A DNA stretch of 64,000 bases, taken from NCBI GenBank assembly GCA_951813525.2, contig CATOTJ020000002.1, positions 196,954 to 260,953 of the forward strand. The letters are read 5' to 3'. The DNA comes from an uncultured Limibaculum sp. GTDB taxonomy: Bacteria > Pseudomonadota > Alphaproteobacteria > Rhodobacterales > Rhodobacteraceae. Below the pieces are notes generated by a model. That model was not told the origin of the DNA. It was given only the letters and a program-made list of their open reading frames with translations, and ran no database searches. How positions within the stretch are numbered: position 1 is the first letter of the stretch; each line of letters starts with the position of its first letter. Shown in pieces: positions 52,561 through 62,689 of this stretch. Made by a program: the position numbers and the translations under genes.

Positions 52561-53700
52561 ATGACCCTACCGATTTCGCCTGAGGAATTGACCCGCATCC
52601 GGCGTGGCTATGACCCGGACCCGGCAAAGTCCCTGTCGCTGGCTGCCGAAGCCTATACCGAGCAACGTTGGTATCAGCAGGATCTGGATGCTGTCTTCGC
52701 ACGGTCATGGCAGTGGGTGTGTCACGTCGAGAAACTGCGAACGCCAGGTTCGTATCTGGCGACCGAGGTTGCCGGACGGCCAATCGCCATCCTGCGCGAT
52801 CGCGACGGTGTTTTGCGGGCGTTCTACAATGTCTGCAAGCACCGCGCGCACCATCTGTTGCAGGGCGAGGGCGAGACGACACGGATTATGTGCCCTTATC
52901 ACGCCTGGGTTTATGATCTGACCGGGCAACTGCGCCGCGCGCCGGAAACCGAAAATCTGGTCGGGTTCGACCCTGGCGAAATCTGCCTGGATGCCGTGCA
53001 GGTCGGGGAATTTTGCGGCTTCATCTATGTCAATCTCGACCCTGATGCCGCACCGCTGGCCGAACAGTCCGGGGATCTGGCGGCCGAGATCCTGCATTGG
53101 GCGCCCGATGTGGGCGATCTGACCTTTGGCCACCGGTTGACCTATGACATTCGGACCAACTGGAAGAATGTTGTCGACAATTTTTTGGAGTGTTACCACT
53201 GCCCGACCGCGCACAAGGATTTCTGCACCCTGGTCGATATGGACACCTACAAGGTGACCACGCACGGGATCTATTCCAGCCATATGGCCGAGGCGGGCAA
53301 GGGCAACAACGCGGCCTATGACGTGTCGAACGCCACGGTGCGGACCCACGCGGTGTGGTGGTTGTGGCCGACAACCTGCCTGATGCGGTATCCGGGCCGG
53401 TCCAGCATGATCGTCCTGAACATCATTCCGGCCGGGCCCGACCGCACGCTGGAGACGTATGATTTCTTTCTTCAGACGCCGGAACCCGACGAGATGGAGC
53501 GCGAGGCCATCCGTTATCTGGACGAAGTTCTGCAAGTCGAAGACATCGGCTTGGTTGAAAGCATTCAGCGCGGAATGGCGACACCGGCGTTCCAGCAGGG
53601 CCGGATCGTGCATGACCCGGACGGGTCCGGCAAATCCGAGCATGCGTTGCACCACTTCCATGGCCTGGTGCTGGACGCCTATGCAGGGGCGGCGTCATGA
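52561..53700 (+). CDS. Rieske oxygenase alpha subunit (quaternary-amine type)
   Basis: CKHRAH..CPYHAW; NWKNVVDNFLECYHCPTAH. Confidence 0.9.
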   Translation: MTLPISPEELTRIRRGYDPDPAKSLSLAAEAYTEQRWYQQDLDAVFARSWQWVCHVEKLRTPGSYLATEVAGRPIAILRDRDGVLRAFYNVCKHRAHHLLQGEGETTRIMCPYHAWVYDLTGQLRRAPETENLVGFDPGEICLDAVQVGEFCGFIYVNLDPDAAPLAEQSGDLAAEILHWAPDVGDLTFGHRLTYDIRTNWKNVVDNFLECYHCPTAHKDFCTLVDMDTYKVTTHGIYSSHMAEAGKGNNAAYDVSNATVRTHAVWWLWPTTCLMRYPGRSSMIVLNIIPAGPDRTLETYDFFLQTPEPDEMEREAIRYLDEVLQVEDIGLVESIQRGMATPAFQQGRIVHDPDGSGKSEHALHHFHGLVLDAYAGAAS

Positions 53701-54488
53701 CCGGGCGGCTGGACGGCAAAACCGCCTTTGTCACCGGCGGCTGCGGTGGGATCGGCCGGGCCATCTGTGCGCGCTTTGCGGCAGAAGGCGCGCGGGTGAT
53801 GGCGGGTGACGTTGCAGACTGGCCCGACGCCCCCGACGGCGTGCGGGTCGTGAAATATGACGTGACATCGGAAGAGGCCGCTAAAGACGGCATGGCCCGG
53901 ATTGCCCGGCACTGGGGACATCTCGATGTGCTGGTTAATGCGGCTGGGATCGAGATCGAGAAGACGATCGAGGACACCACGCTGGAGGAATGGCGCCGGT
54001 CCTTTGCGATCAACGTCGATGGCATGTTCTTGACATCGAAATACGCACTGCCGGTTCTGCGCGAAGCCGCGTCCAGGAACCCCACAGGGGCCAGCGTGAT
54101 CAACTTTGGGTCCTATGACGGGTTCATCGCCGATCCGGGGCTGGCCGCTTACTGCGCCACCAAGGGCGCGGTCCATGCGCTGACCAAAGCCATGGCATGC
54201 GACCATGGGCCGGAAGGCATCCGCGTGAATGCGATCTGCCCGGGTTATGTGGACACCCCCATGCTGCAATCGTTCTTTACGGGCGATGGCTCTGGCGGCG
54301 GCGGGCAGAACATCGATCAGCTGCAGCAGGCCGTGCGCGATGTGCATCCGATGCGGACCTATGGCACGCCGGAGGACATCGCGAACCTCGTGACGTGGCT
54401 CGCCTCGGACGAAGCGCGTTATGCTGCCGGGCAATTGTGGGTTCTGGACGGCGGGCTTTCCGCCCAGGTTCAGCAGATGAAGTTGTAG
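53697..54488 (+). CDS. Short-chain dehydrogenase/reductase
   Basis: TGGCGGIG, NAAG, YCATK, NAICPG. Confidence 0.9.
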   Translation: MTGRLDGKTAFVTGGCGGIGRAICARFAAEGARVMAGDVADWPDAPDGVRVVKYDVTSEEAAKDGMARIARHWGHLDVLVNAAGIEIEKTIEDTTLEEWRRSFAINVDGMFLTSKYALPVLREAASRNPTGASVINFGSYDGFIADPGLAAYCATKGAVHALTKAMACDHGPEGIRVNAICPGYVDTPMLQSFFTGDGSGGGGQNIDQLQQAVRDVHPMRTYGTPEDIANLVTWLASDEARYAAGQLWVLDGGLSAQVQQMKL

Positions 54489-54508
54489 GGTGCGTGCACG
54501 CACCCTAC
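54485..54508. repeat. Perfect 24-bp GTAG-type (REP-like) palindrome
   Basis: GTAGGGTGCGTGCACGCACCCTAC. Confidence 0.7.
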
Positions 54509-54526
54509 GCCCAGAAGGAACGTAAG

Positions 54527-55456
54527 ATGCCCAAACCTGTGATCATCACCTGCGCGCCAACCGGCGGAATTCACACCCCGACCATGTCGCCCCACCTGCC
54601 GATCATGCCTGATCAGATCGTTGCGGCGAGTGTCGAGGCCGCCGAGGCCGGTGCATCTGTCATCCATTTGCACGCCCGCGACCCGGAGACCGGCAAGCCC
54701 GATCCGCGCGCCGAGACGTTCATGCAGTTCTTGCCGCGCATCCGCCAGCAGACCGATGCGGTGGTCAACGTCTCGACAGGCGGCGGGCTGGGCATGACCC
54801 GGGAGGAACGCTTGCGTGCCGCCTTGACCGCCAGCCCTGAAATGGCGTCGCTGAACGTTGGATCGCTGAATTTCGGTATCTTTCCGATGCTGGAGAAGTA
54901 CGAGAACTGGCAGCACGAGTGGGAACCTGCATTCCTGGAAATGACCCGCGACTTCATTTTCCGCAACACGTTCGCCGATATCGAGTTCATCCTGAAAGAG
55001 TTGGGCGAGGGCCATGGCACCCGGTTTGAATTTGAATGCTACGACCTCGGCCATCTCTATAATCTGGCGTATTTCGTCGACCAGGGCATGGTGAAGCCGC
55101 CGTTCTTTGTGCAGATGGTCTTCGGCGTTCTGGGCGGGGTCGGCGCGGATCTGGACAACCTGATGCACCTGCACACCATCGCCAACAAGCTGTTCGGCGG
55201 GGAGTACGAATGGTCGGTGCTGGCCGCAGGCCGCCATCAGATGCCGTTCGCGACCCAGGCCGCCATGCTGGGCGGCAACCTGCGAGTCGGGTTGGAGGAC
55301 AGCCTTTTCATCGGCAAGGGCGAACTTGCAACCTCGAACGCACAGCAAGTCACGCGCATTCGAACCATCATCGAAAATCTGGGCCTGAAGGTCGCCACCC
55401 CGGCGGAGGCGCGTAGGCGGCTGGCGCTGAAGGGCGGCGATCAGGTGGCGTTCTAG
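54527..55456 (+). CDS. BKACE beta-keto acid cleavage enzyme (DUF849)
   Basis: IITCAPTG, HLHARD, STGG, EMASLN, EFECYD, RVGLED. Confidence 0.92.
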   Translation: MPKPVIITCAPTGGIHTPTMSPHLPIMPDQIVAASVEAAEAGASVIHLHARDPETGKPDPRAETFMQFLPRIRQQTDAVVNVSTGGGLGMTREERLRAALTASPEMASLNVGSLNFGIFPMLEKYENWQHEWEPAFLEMTRDFIFRNTFADIEFILKELGEGHGTRFEFECYDLGHLYNLAYFVDQGMVKPPFFVQMVFGVLGGVGADLDNLMHLHTIANKLFGGEYEWSVLAAGRHQMPFATQAAMLGGNLRVGLEDSLFIGKGELATSNAQQVTRIRTIIENLGLKVATPAEARRRLALKGGDQVAF

Positions 55457-55466
55457 GGAGGGAGCC

Positions 55467-56240
55467 ATGCAAACTAAACTATCGGTCAGTGGCGATGGTG
55501 GCCCACGGATGGGACTGCAGGGCAAACATACGGTTGTCACCGGCGGGCGCCAGGGGATCGGCCGCGCCATCGTCGAGGCCTTTCTGCGCGAAGGTGCGTC
55601 GGTTGTGACCTGCGGGCGGGGCGAAGCCGAGGTGCCCGGCGCGCTCTGGGTCACGGCAGATGTCTCGGAAACCGCCCAGGCAGCCGCGTTGATCGAAGCC
55701 GCGGGAGAGATCGACATTCTGGTGAACAACGCGGGCGTGCAGGTTGAAAAAACGGTCGCAGACTCGAAGGATGAGGACTGGGATCTGGTCATCGGTGCGA
55801 ACTGCCGGGGCGTATTCAACTGCTGCCGCGCCGCAATTCCCAGAATGCGCGCCGGTGCATCGATCATCAATATCGGCTCGATCTCCGGCACCGTCGCCGA
55901 CCCGTCCATGGCCCTTTACAATGCCTCCAAGGCGTTCGTGCACGGATTGACCCGATCGATCGCCGTCGATCACGGGCCGGAGATAAGGTGCAATGCCATC
56001 TGTCCGGGATGGATCGAAACAGGGATGCTGGACGCAGGGTTCGACCTGGCGGGTGACCCCGATGCCGCGCGTAAGGATGCGATCGCACGGCACGCTGTGC
56101 GCCGCTTCGGCAATCCCGAAGACATCGCCTCGATGGCGATCTGGCTCGCCTCGGACGAGGCCGGGTTCGCGTCCGGCCAGATGTTCACCGTCGATGGCGG
56201 CATGACCGCTGCGTCACCGCTTAATCCGGGATTATTCTGA
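55467..56240 (+). CDS. Short-chain dehydrogenase/reductase
   Basis: TGGRQGIG, NNAG, YNASK, CNAICPG. Confidence 0.9.
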   Translation: MQTKLSVSGDGGPRMGLQGKHTVVTGGRQGIGRAIVEAFLREGASVVTCGRGEAEVPGALWVTADVSETAQAAALIEAAGEIDILVNNAGVQVEKTVADSKDEDWDLVIGANCRGVFNCCRAAIPRMRAGASIINIGSISGTVADPSMALYNASKAFVHGLTRSIAVDHGPEIRCNAICPGWIETGMLDAGFDLAGDPDAARKDAIARHAVRRFGNPEDIASMAIWLASDEAGFASGQMFTVDGGMTAASPLNPGLF

Positions 56241-57166
56241 TGAAAGAGACATATGCCTCGCTGGGCACGGGTGTAATCGGCGCCTCCTGGACCGCGCTGT
56301 TCCTGGCACATGGCCATCCTGTACGCGCCTGCGATCCCGCAGACGGCGCCGAAGAGCGATTGCAGGCCTATATCGATACCGCCTGGCCGGTGATGGAGGA
56401 GCTGGGCCTGACCGGGAACGGCACGCGCGATGCGGTGACGTTTTGCGCATCAGCGGCCGAGGCTGTCGATGGCGCCGCCTTCATTCAGGAAAGCGTTCCC
56501 GAGCGCGTGGCGATCAAACACGCGATTTATGCCGAGATCGAAGAGGCGATGGCGCCGGACGCCATTCTTTCCTCCTCGGCTTCCGGATTGACGCTGTCAC
56601 AGATGCAAACCGGGTGGCGCGATCCGTCGCGCATCGTCCTCGGGCACCCTTTCAACCCGCCGCACCTGATCCCGTTGGTCGAGATCATGGGAAACGAACG
56701 CACCGCCCCTGGCGTGCTGGAACGGGCCGAGGCGATCTATGCCGCACTGGGCAAGGTTACCATCCGCATGATGAAGGAAGTGCCGGGCCATGTTGCCAAC
56801 CGGCTGCAGGCTGCGCTGTGGCGCGAGGCGATCAGTCTGGTGACCGAAGGCGTGACCACGGTCGAAGACGTCGACAAGGCCATCTGGGCCGGGCCGGGCG
56901 TGCGTTGGGCAGCGATGGGGCCGAATATGATTTGGCACCTTGCCGCGGGTCCAGGCGGCCTGAAGGCCTATATGGACCACTTCGCCGAAAGCTTTCACGG
57001 CTGGTGGGACGGGATGGGCGACCCCCGGCTGGACGAAGAAACCCAGAGGGTTCTGTCCGAAGGGGTTCTGGCCTCGGCCAACGGGCGTAGCCAGCAGGAT
57101 TTGGGCACTGAACGCGACGCATTGGTCAGCGCAATCCTAAAGGCGACCAACGGGGTGCGGGCTTGA
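56240..57166 (+). CDS. 3-hydroxyacyl-CoA dehydrogenase family (carnitine/gulonate 3-dehydrogenase-like)
   Basis: GTGVIGASW, QESVPE, SSSASG, HPFNPPHLIPLVE, GHVANRLQ. Confidence 0.88.
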   Translation: MKETYASLGTGVIGASWTALFLAHGHPVRACDPADGAEERLQAYIDTAWPVMEELGLTGNGTRDAVTFCASAAEAVDGAAFIQESVPERVAIKHAIYAEIEEAMAPDAILSSSASGLTLSQMQTGWRDPSRIVLGHPFNPPHLIPLVEIMGNERTAPGVLERAEAIYAALGKVTIRMMKEVPGHVANRLQAALWREAISLVTEGVTTVEDVDKAIWAGPGVRWAAMGPNMIWHLAAGPGGLKAYMDHFAESFHGWWDGMGDPRLDEETQRVLSEGVLASANGRSQQDLGTERDALVSAILKATNGVRA

Positions 57167-57298
57167 GCGGACTTGGGGCTGGAGGTGGGTAAGGTCCGAT
57201 GTCTGCTTGGCCGCCGCTTTGAAAGCGTCGTTCGCCGGCACCCAGAAACCGCGCAGGATCGGTCCGTAGCCATAAGGCTTTGAAACTTTAGGGCTTCT

Positions 57299-57374
<76 letters not shown>

Positions 57375-57421
57375 GCCGAAGGGATGTGCATCTAGCGTAG
57401 AGTTCGGGGGGTTTCAAGGGG

Positions 57422-57952
57422 TCAGGGGTCTTTCTCTTCGTGGAAGATTGCCGAGGTCATGCTTTGAACGTGGCGTTGGAAGGCTGCAAGGTCGCCTTCT
57501 TCGATTTCGGTCACTTCCAGGAAGGCGTGTGCTTTCCATTCGCGGCCTTTGCAGATCACGAAGTGCATGGAAAAACCTTTTTCCGGCAAGGCGTTAGTTC
57601 GGGTTTCGCGTGTGAAGCCGCAATCACGCGAGGCGTTGGGCGGGCCCTGGGGGTTGAAGTGCAGGACGATGCGCCAGGGCTGTTCCGCGCCGCCGGTCGG
57701 CGTCAGATAGAAGGTGATTTCCTGGGGCGCCTCGGGCGGGACCTTCAGCGCCGCGGTCAGGTCGGCATCGGTGATCCGGCGAAACGGCGTGCCATGGATT
57801 TCGACCGGGATGCCGCGGTCGTCCTGGAGCCGCCAGAGATCCTTGAGAACCAAGTCCGGGCGGCGGTCGACCTTGCTGATCACGGCCGGTTCGTCGCAAG
57901 CGGAGAGGCCGAAAAGGAGCGCTATAGCAATGAGTTGTCTTGGAAACATCAT
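57422..57952 (-). CDS. Hypothetical lipoprotein
   Basis: MMFPRQLIAIALLFGLSAC lipobox; start overlaps upstream DMT stop. Confidence 0.7.
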   Translation of the reverse strand: MMFPRQLIAIALLFGLSACDEPAVISKVDRRPDLVLKDLWRLQDDRGIPVEIHGTPFRRITDADLTAALKVPPEAPQEITFYLTPTGGAEQPWRIVLHFNPQGPPNASRDCGFTRETRTNALPEKGFSMHFVICKGREWKAHAFLEVTEIEEGDLAAFQRHVQSMTSAIFHEEKDP

Positions 57953-58842
57953 GTCGGATTCTGGCTGTATTGCCGCTCGCGGTGGAAGACGTAAAGACCA
58001 GACGCAATGATGATCGCAGCACCGGTCCAGGTCAACAGGTCGGGAAAGTCCGAGAAGACCCACCAGCCGAACAGCGTGGCCGAGACGATTTCGAGGTATT
58101 GCAGCGGGGCGGCCATCGAGGCGTCGGCGCGGGCCAGCGCGTGGACCAGCATCTGATGGGTCATAACGGCGAGCGCCCCCATGCCAAGATAGAGCCACAG
58201 ATCACCCGCCGCAGGTATCGACAGTTTGGCAACCGAAAGCTGGTTTAGATGCCCCAAGACGCTGAAAACGCATAGAAAAACCAGGGCGGCGATTCCGGTC
58301 CAGAGTTGCAGCGCCAGCTTGTTGGGTCCTGTCGCCAAGGTCTTGGTGACCAGCATATAGCAGGCGAAGAATGCGGCTGCGCCCAGTGGCAGGATCGCGG
58401 TTGGGCCGTATTCATCCCAGTTCGGGCGGATCACGATCAGCGCGCCAACCAATCCGACCACGACGGCGGCCATCCGGCGCCAGCCGATTTTCTCGCCCAG
58501 GATCAGAACGGAAAGGACCGTTAGAACAAGAGGTTCGACGAAGAATATGGCAATTGCGTTGACGATCGGCATGACCGCAAAGGCTGCGTTGATGCAGACC
58601 AGCGCGAGCGCCAGGAAAAGACCCGCCAGCCAATGTGCCCGGCGCGGACCGGACCATTGCCCCATGACCATGACGATGGGCAGCAAAAGGGCGGTCTGCA
58701 CCAAAAAGCGCCCCAGCGTGACCTGCGCAGGCGATGCGTTGGCGGTCAGCAGCTTGGCAAAGACATCCATGCCCGGCGCGATGAACATCGCCAGTGTCAT
58801 GATCATCAGACCGGTTTGCGGTGTTTCGGGCAGCGCGCGCAT
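57949..58842 (-). CDS. DMT/EamA-family transporter
   Basis: Ten hydrophobic segments; IFFVEPL, APLQYLEI. Confidence 0.88.
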   Translation of the reverse strand: MRALPETPQTGLMIMTLAMFIAPGMDVFAKLLTANASPAQVTLGRFLVQTALLLPIVMVMGQWSGPRRAHWLAGLFLALALVCINAAFAVMPIVNAIAIFFVEPLVLTVLSVLILGEKIGWRRMAAVVVGLVGALIVIRPNWDEYGPTAILPLGAAAFFACYMLVTKTLATGPNKLALQLWTGIAALVFLCVFSVLGHLNQLSVAKLSIPAAGDLWLYLGMGALAVMTHQMLVHALARADASMAAPLQYLEIVSATLFGWWVFSDFPDLLTWTGAAIIIASGLYVFHRERQYSQNPT

Positions 58843-59157
58843 CGGGGCGTGATGGCATGGTTTCGAAGGGCGGGAAAGCGCGAAGTCAAATGGTTCGCGG
58901 TGAGGTGATTTCGGGGAGATTCTGTTCGTGAAGCTGTTACAGGATTTACCGGGGATATCTTTCGGTGATCTGTTCGGGACAGATGGTTCGCTAACTTATC
59001 GTTAAAGATATCCCGGGTGATCTTGCGTGGATGTCCGGCGGTTCGTGGGTGCGGAGAAAATTCGGCGGCGCCCGGGTTCCCCGGCCGGGTCCGCTGCCGT
59101 GAAGACGTGCTTCGTCGCCTTGCGGCGCCTGAGCGGTCGGGCTGGCGGTAGGTTGCC

Positions 59158-61137
59158 CTAGACGTCCAGATCCTCGGCGAAGCGGGCGTTTTCCTGGATG
59201 TACTGGAACCGCATTTCGGGTTTCTTGCCCATCAGGCGTTCGACCAGATTTCCGGTATCGCCTTCATCGTCGGCGATCGAGACGCGGATGAGCTGGCGCG
59301 TGGCCGGGTCCATCGTCGTCTCCTTCAGGTCCTTGGCGTCCATTTCGCCGAGGCCTTTGAAGCGGGAGACGTCGATCTTGCCCTTACCGCCCAGGCCCTT
59401 TTCCAGCAGCCGGTCCTTTTCGGCGTCGTCCTTGGCATAGACGCGGCGCGCGCCCTGGGTCAGGCGGAAGAGGGGCGGCATGGCGAGGTAGAGGTGACCG
59501 GCAGCGATCAGGGGCCGCATCTGCGTGTAGAAAAACGTCATCAGCAGCGCGGCGATATGGGCGCCGTCGACATCGGCGTCGGTCATGATGATGACCTTGT
59601 CATAGCGCAGGTCGTCGTTCGAATATTTCGCGCCGAGACCGACGCCGAGCGCCTGGCAAAGATCGGAAAGTTCCTGGTTTTGATTCAGTTTCGACGAAGC
59701 AGCGCCGAGCACGTTCAGGATCTTGCCGCGCAGGGGCAAAAGCGCCTGGATCTCGCGCAGGCGTGCCATTTTGGCGGAACCGCCGGCGCTGTCGCCCTCG
59801 ACCAGAAAAATTTCAGTTCCCTCGCGCGATTTTGCTGAGCAATCGACCAGCTTGCCGGGGAGCCGCAGTTTCTTTGTGGCGGACTTGCGCTGGGTTTCCT
59901 TTTCCTGGCGGCGGCGCAGGCGCTCGTCCGCGCGCTCGACCAGGTATTCGAGGATCGCGCCTGCGGTTTTCGGATCGCCCGCCAGCCAAGTGTCGATGCG
60001 GTCGCGGACCGAGCCTTCGACCAGTTTCGATGCCTCGACCGTTGCCAGCCGGTCCTTGGTCTGTCCGACGAATTCCGGGTCGCGGATAAAGGCGGAGATC
60101 ATGGCGGCGGCGGTGCCCTGCACGTCATCGCGGGTGATTTGCGCGGCTTTTTTCAGGCCAACCAGTTCGCCATGGGCGCGCAGGCCCTTGGTCACGGCGG
60201 CCCAAAAGCCTGCCTCGTGCGTTCCCCCCTCCGGTGTCGGGATGGTGTTGCAATAACTGGCGACGGCGCCGTCGCGGGCCGGGGTCCAGGCCAGCGCCCA
60301 TTCGACCGAGCCGACAGCGCCGTTCTGAAACCGTTCCTTGAAGTCGACTTTGCCTGAAAAAGGCGCGTCGCCGAAAAAGACGGTGTCTTCGAGGGTGTGC
60401 GTCAGATAATCGGCCAGCCCGCCCGGGAAGCGGAACGTATCCTCGACCGGGGTTTCGTCCTTGTCGCCGATCAGTTCGGGGGCGCAGCGCCAGCGGATTT
60501 CGACGCCGCGGAAGAGATAGGCTTTGGACCGGGCCATGCGGTGCAGCCGCGCCGGTTTGAGCGCGGCGCGTTCACCGAAGATTTCGGGGTCGGGATGGAA
60601 CCGGACCATGGTGCCGCGTCGGTTCGGCATCGGTCCAAGGTTCTCAATCGGACCGAGCGGTTTGCCGCGCGAAAATTCCTGGGCGTAGAGCTGTTTGCCG
60701 CGCGCAACCTCGACCCGCAGGCTGTCCGAGAGCGCGTTGCAGACCGACGCGCCAACGCCGTGCAGACCGCCGGAGGTTTCGTAGTTTTTGCCGGAAAACT
60801 TGCCGCCCGCGTGCAGCTTGGTGAACACGACCTCGAGCGCGGATTTTTCGGGGTGCTTGGGGTGCGCTTCGACCGGAATGCCGCGGCCATTGTCGGTAAC
60901 GGCGCAGGAGCCGTCGGCAAGCAGTTCAATTTCGATCCGGCTGGCATGTCCGGCAACCGCTTCGTCCATCGAATTGTCGAGAATCTCGGCAACCAAGTGA
61001 TGCAGCGCCCGGTCATCTGTGCCGCCGATATACATGCCCGGGCGCAGGCGGACGGCCTCCATCTCCTCCAGCGATTCGATGGAAGCGGCGGTGTAACTCT
61101 TGTCCTGGTCGCTGTCGAAAAGGTCGATGGCCCCCAT
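59158..61137 (-). CDS. parE: DNA topoisomerase IV subunit B
   Basis: VRLRPGMYIG, LHAGGKF, EGDSAGG, PLRGKILN, TDADVDG; short ParE-type C-terminus. Confidence 0.95.
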   Translation of the reverse strand: MGAIDLFDSDQDKSYTAASIESLEEMEAVRLRPGMYIGGTDDRALHHLVAEILDNSMDEAVAGHASRIEIELLADGSCAVTDNGRGIPVEAHPKHPEKSALEVVFTKLHAGGKFSGKNYETSGGLHGVGASVCNALSDSLRVEVARGKQLYAQEFSRGKPLGPIENLGPMPNRRGTMVRFHPDPEIFGERAALKPARLHRMARSKAYLFRGVEIRWRCAPELIGDKDETPVEDTFRFPGGLADYLTHTLEDTVFFGDAPFSGKVDFKERFQNGAVGSVEWALAWTPARDGAVASYCNTIPTPEGGTHEAGFWAAVTKGLRAHGELVGLKKAAQITRDDVQGTAAAMISAFIRDPEFVGQTKDRLATVEASKLVEGSVRDRIDTWLAGDPKTAGAILEYLVERADERLRRRQEKETQRKSATKKLRLPGKLVDCSAKSREGTEIFLVEGDSAGGSAKMARLREIQALLPLRGKILNVLGAASSKLNQNQELSDLCQALGVGLGAKYSNDDLRYDKVIIMTDADVDGAHIAALLMTFFYTQMRPLIAAGHLYLAMPPLFRLTQGARRVYAKDDAEKDRLLEKGLGGKGKIDVSRFKGLGEMDAKDLKETTMDPATRQLIRVSIADDEGDTGNLVERLMGKKPEMRFQYIQENARFAEDLDV

Positions 61138-61260
61138 TTTCGGGATGCTCCTTCGGTGCGATTGCCTGAGTTTATCACTATGGCAGGTTCGGGATGGTTA
61201 ACGCAAGATATGGTGTGCGAGAATGTTGCAGACGCTGTTTGTGGGAAGAAAACTGGTGCG

Positions 61261-62565
61261 TCAGTTAAAATGGTCCTGCACCTGCTGGCGGGCGATCGCC
61301 ATGCGGACCCAGAGCGGGCGCAGGCCCGGCAGCGGGACTTTGGGCGGCAGACCGCGCAGCGGCGCGGGCAGGACGGACTGATCGCCGGTCGCGATCACGT
61401 CGGCCAGCAGGCGCCCGGCGGTCTGGGCCGAATTGATGCCCGAGCCGTGCCAGGCGAAGGCGTGAAAGACGCTGGGGTCATCCGGCAGGGCGCCAACCGA
61501 CGGTTTCAGATCGCGGGTCGCGCAGATCGGGCCGTTCCAGTGATAATCGACCTCGATATCCTGCAGGCCCGAGAATGCGGCGGCGATGTTGCCCCGGATC
61601 GAGGCGCGTCCTTTGGCGCGGTTTGCGGGCGATCCGGTGGCCGCATCGCGTTGACCGAACAGCAATCGCCCCTCGGGCAGCAGGCGCAGATAGTAGAGCA
61701 GGTTCTTGGTGGTCGCGACCGGGTTGTCGCCCAGCCAGGGATTGGCGTCGCGTTCGGCGTTGGTCAGGCGCCGGGTGACGCCGATCTGCGAGATGACAGG
61801 GACCGCGCGCGCGGCGAGCGCGGGGTGCAGATTGTCAGGGGTAAATCCATTTGCGGCCAGGATGGCTTTGTCCGCGGTGACCGATCCCTGCGCGGTTTCC
61901 ATCCGGTGTTTGCCGCCTTCGCGGTGCCAGCGCCGAACCTCGGACTGCGGGTAGACCTTGACGCCGAGGGAGATCGCGTGGTCGGCCAGCGCCCGCACAT
62001 ATTGCAGCGGCTGGATGCCGAAGCAGGGGCCGATATAGATGCCGCCAAGGCGCGCCATGGGGGCGTTTGGGTCTGGCGCGAAAGGGGTCTTGGTCTCGCT
62101 GGCGCGGATGCGGCCCGACCGGAGCGATGCGAGGGCCTTATCGGAATGGGCGAGGATCAGCTCGGCCTCGCCCTGAACGGGGACATTGTTTTGGGTCGCA
62201 AAAGCGCGGGTTAGGGCGATGCCGTCGCGCAGGTGGCCGTGATAGCGGTCCATCTCGGCCTGGCCGAATGCGCTGATCATTGCGTCCTCGGTCCGCTTGT
62301 ACGAGCCGTAACCGACGATGCCGCCATTGCGCCCGGACGCGCCCCAGCCGATTTCGGCGGCGTCGAGCACGGCGGCCTGGATGCCGCGTTCCGCCAGGCC
62401 GATGGCGGTCGAGAGACCCGCAAAGCCGCCGCCGATGATGACGACCTCGGCGGTGTCGTCAGTGTTCAGTGGCGGCGGGCCGGTCCAGTCGGGGGCCGAG
62501 ACATACCACCAGCGGTTTTGCCAGTCGGACGTGTCGTAGAGAGACGGATGGAGTGGGCCACGCAT
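61261..62565 (-). CDS. FAD-dependent oxidoreductase (PuuB/DadA-like amine oxidase)
   Basis: GGGFAG, GASGRNGG, IQPL.Y, HGSG. Confidence 0.8.
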   Translation of the reverse strand: MRGPLHPSLYDTSDWQNRWWYVSAPDWTGPPPLNTDDTAEVVIIGGGFAGLSTAIGLAERGIQAAVLDAAEIGWGASGRNGGIVGYGSYKRTEDAMISAFGQAEMDRYHGHLRDGIALTRAFATQNNVPVQGEAELILAHSDKALASLRSGRIRASETKTPFAPDPNAPMARLGGIYIGPCFGIQPLQYVRALADHAISLGVKVYPQSEVRRWHREGGKHRMETAQGSVTADKAILAANGFTPDNLHPALAARAVPVISQIGVTRRLTNAERDANPWLGDNPVATTKNLLYYLRLLPEGRLLFGQRDAATGSPANRAKGRASIRGNIAAAFSGLQDIEVDYHWNGPICATRDLKPSVGALPDDPSVFHAFAWHGSGINSAQTAGRLLADVIATGDQSVLPAPLRGLPPKVPLPGLRPLWVRMAIARQQVQDHFN

Positions 62566-62689
62566 TCTGGATTGATGCCTGTTGGCGGTTTGGCGTGCAA
62601 GGGTGGACGCGCTGCTATCTGCTCTGCGGCGCCGGATGGCAGGCGCCGCGGCGTTGTGACGGGCCCGTTGCCTGTGGGTTGCCGGTTCG

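Noticed and set aside
60397-62214. Long antisense ORFs (also 22662..24566, 54470..55909, 42401..43354)
   Set aside because: Shadow frames of GC-rich real genes on the opposite strand.
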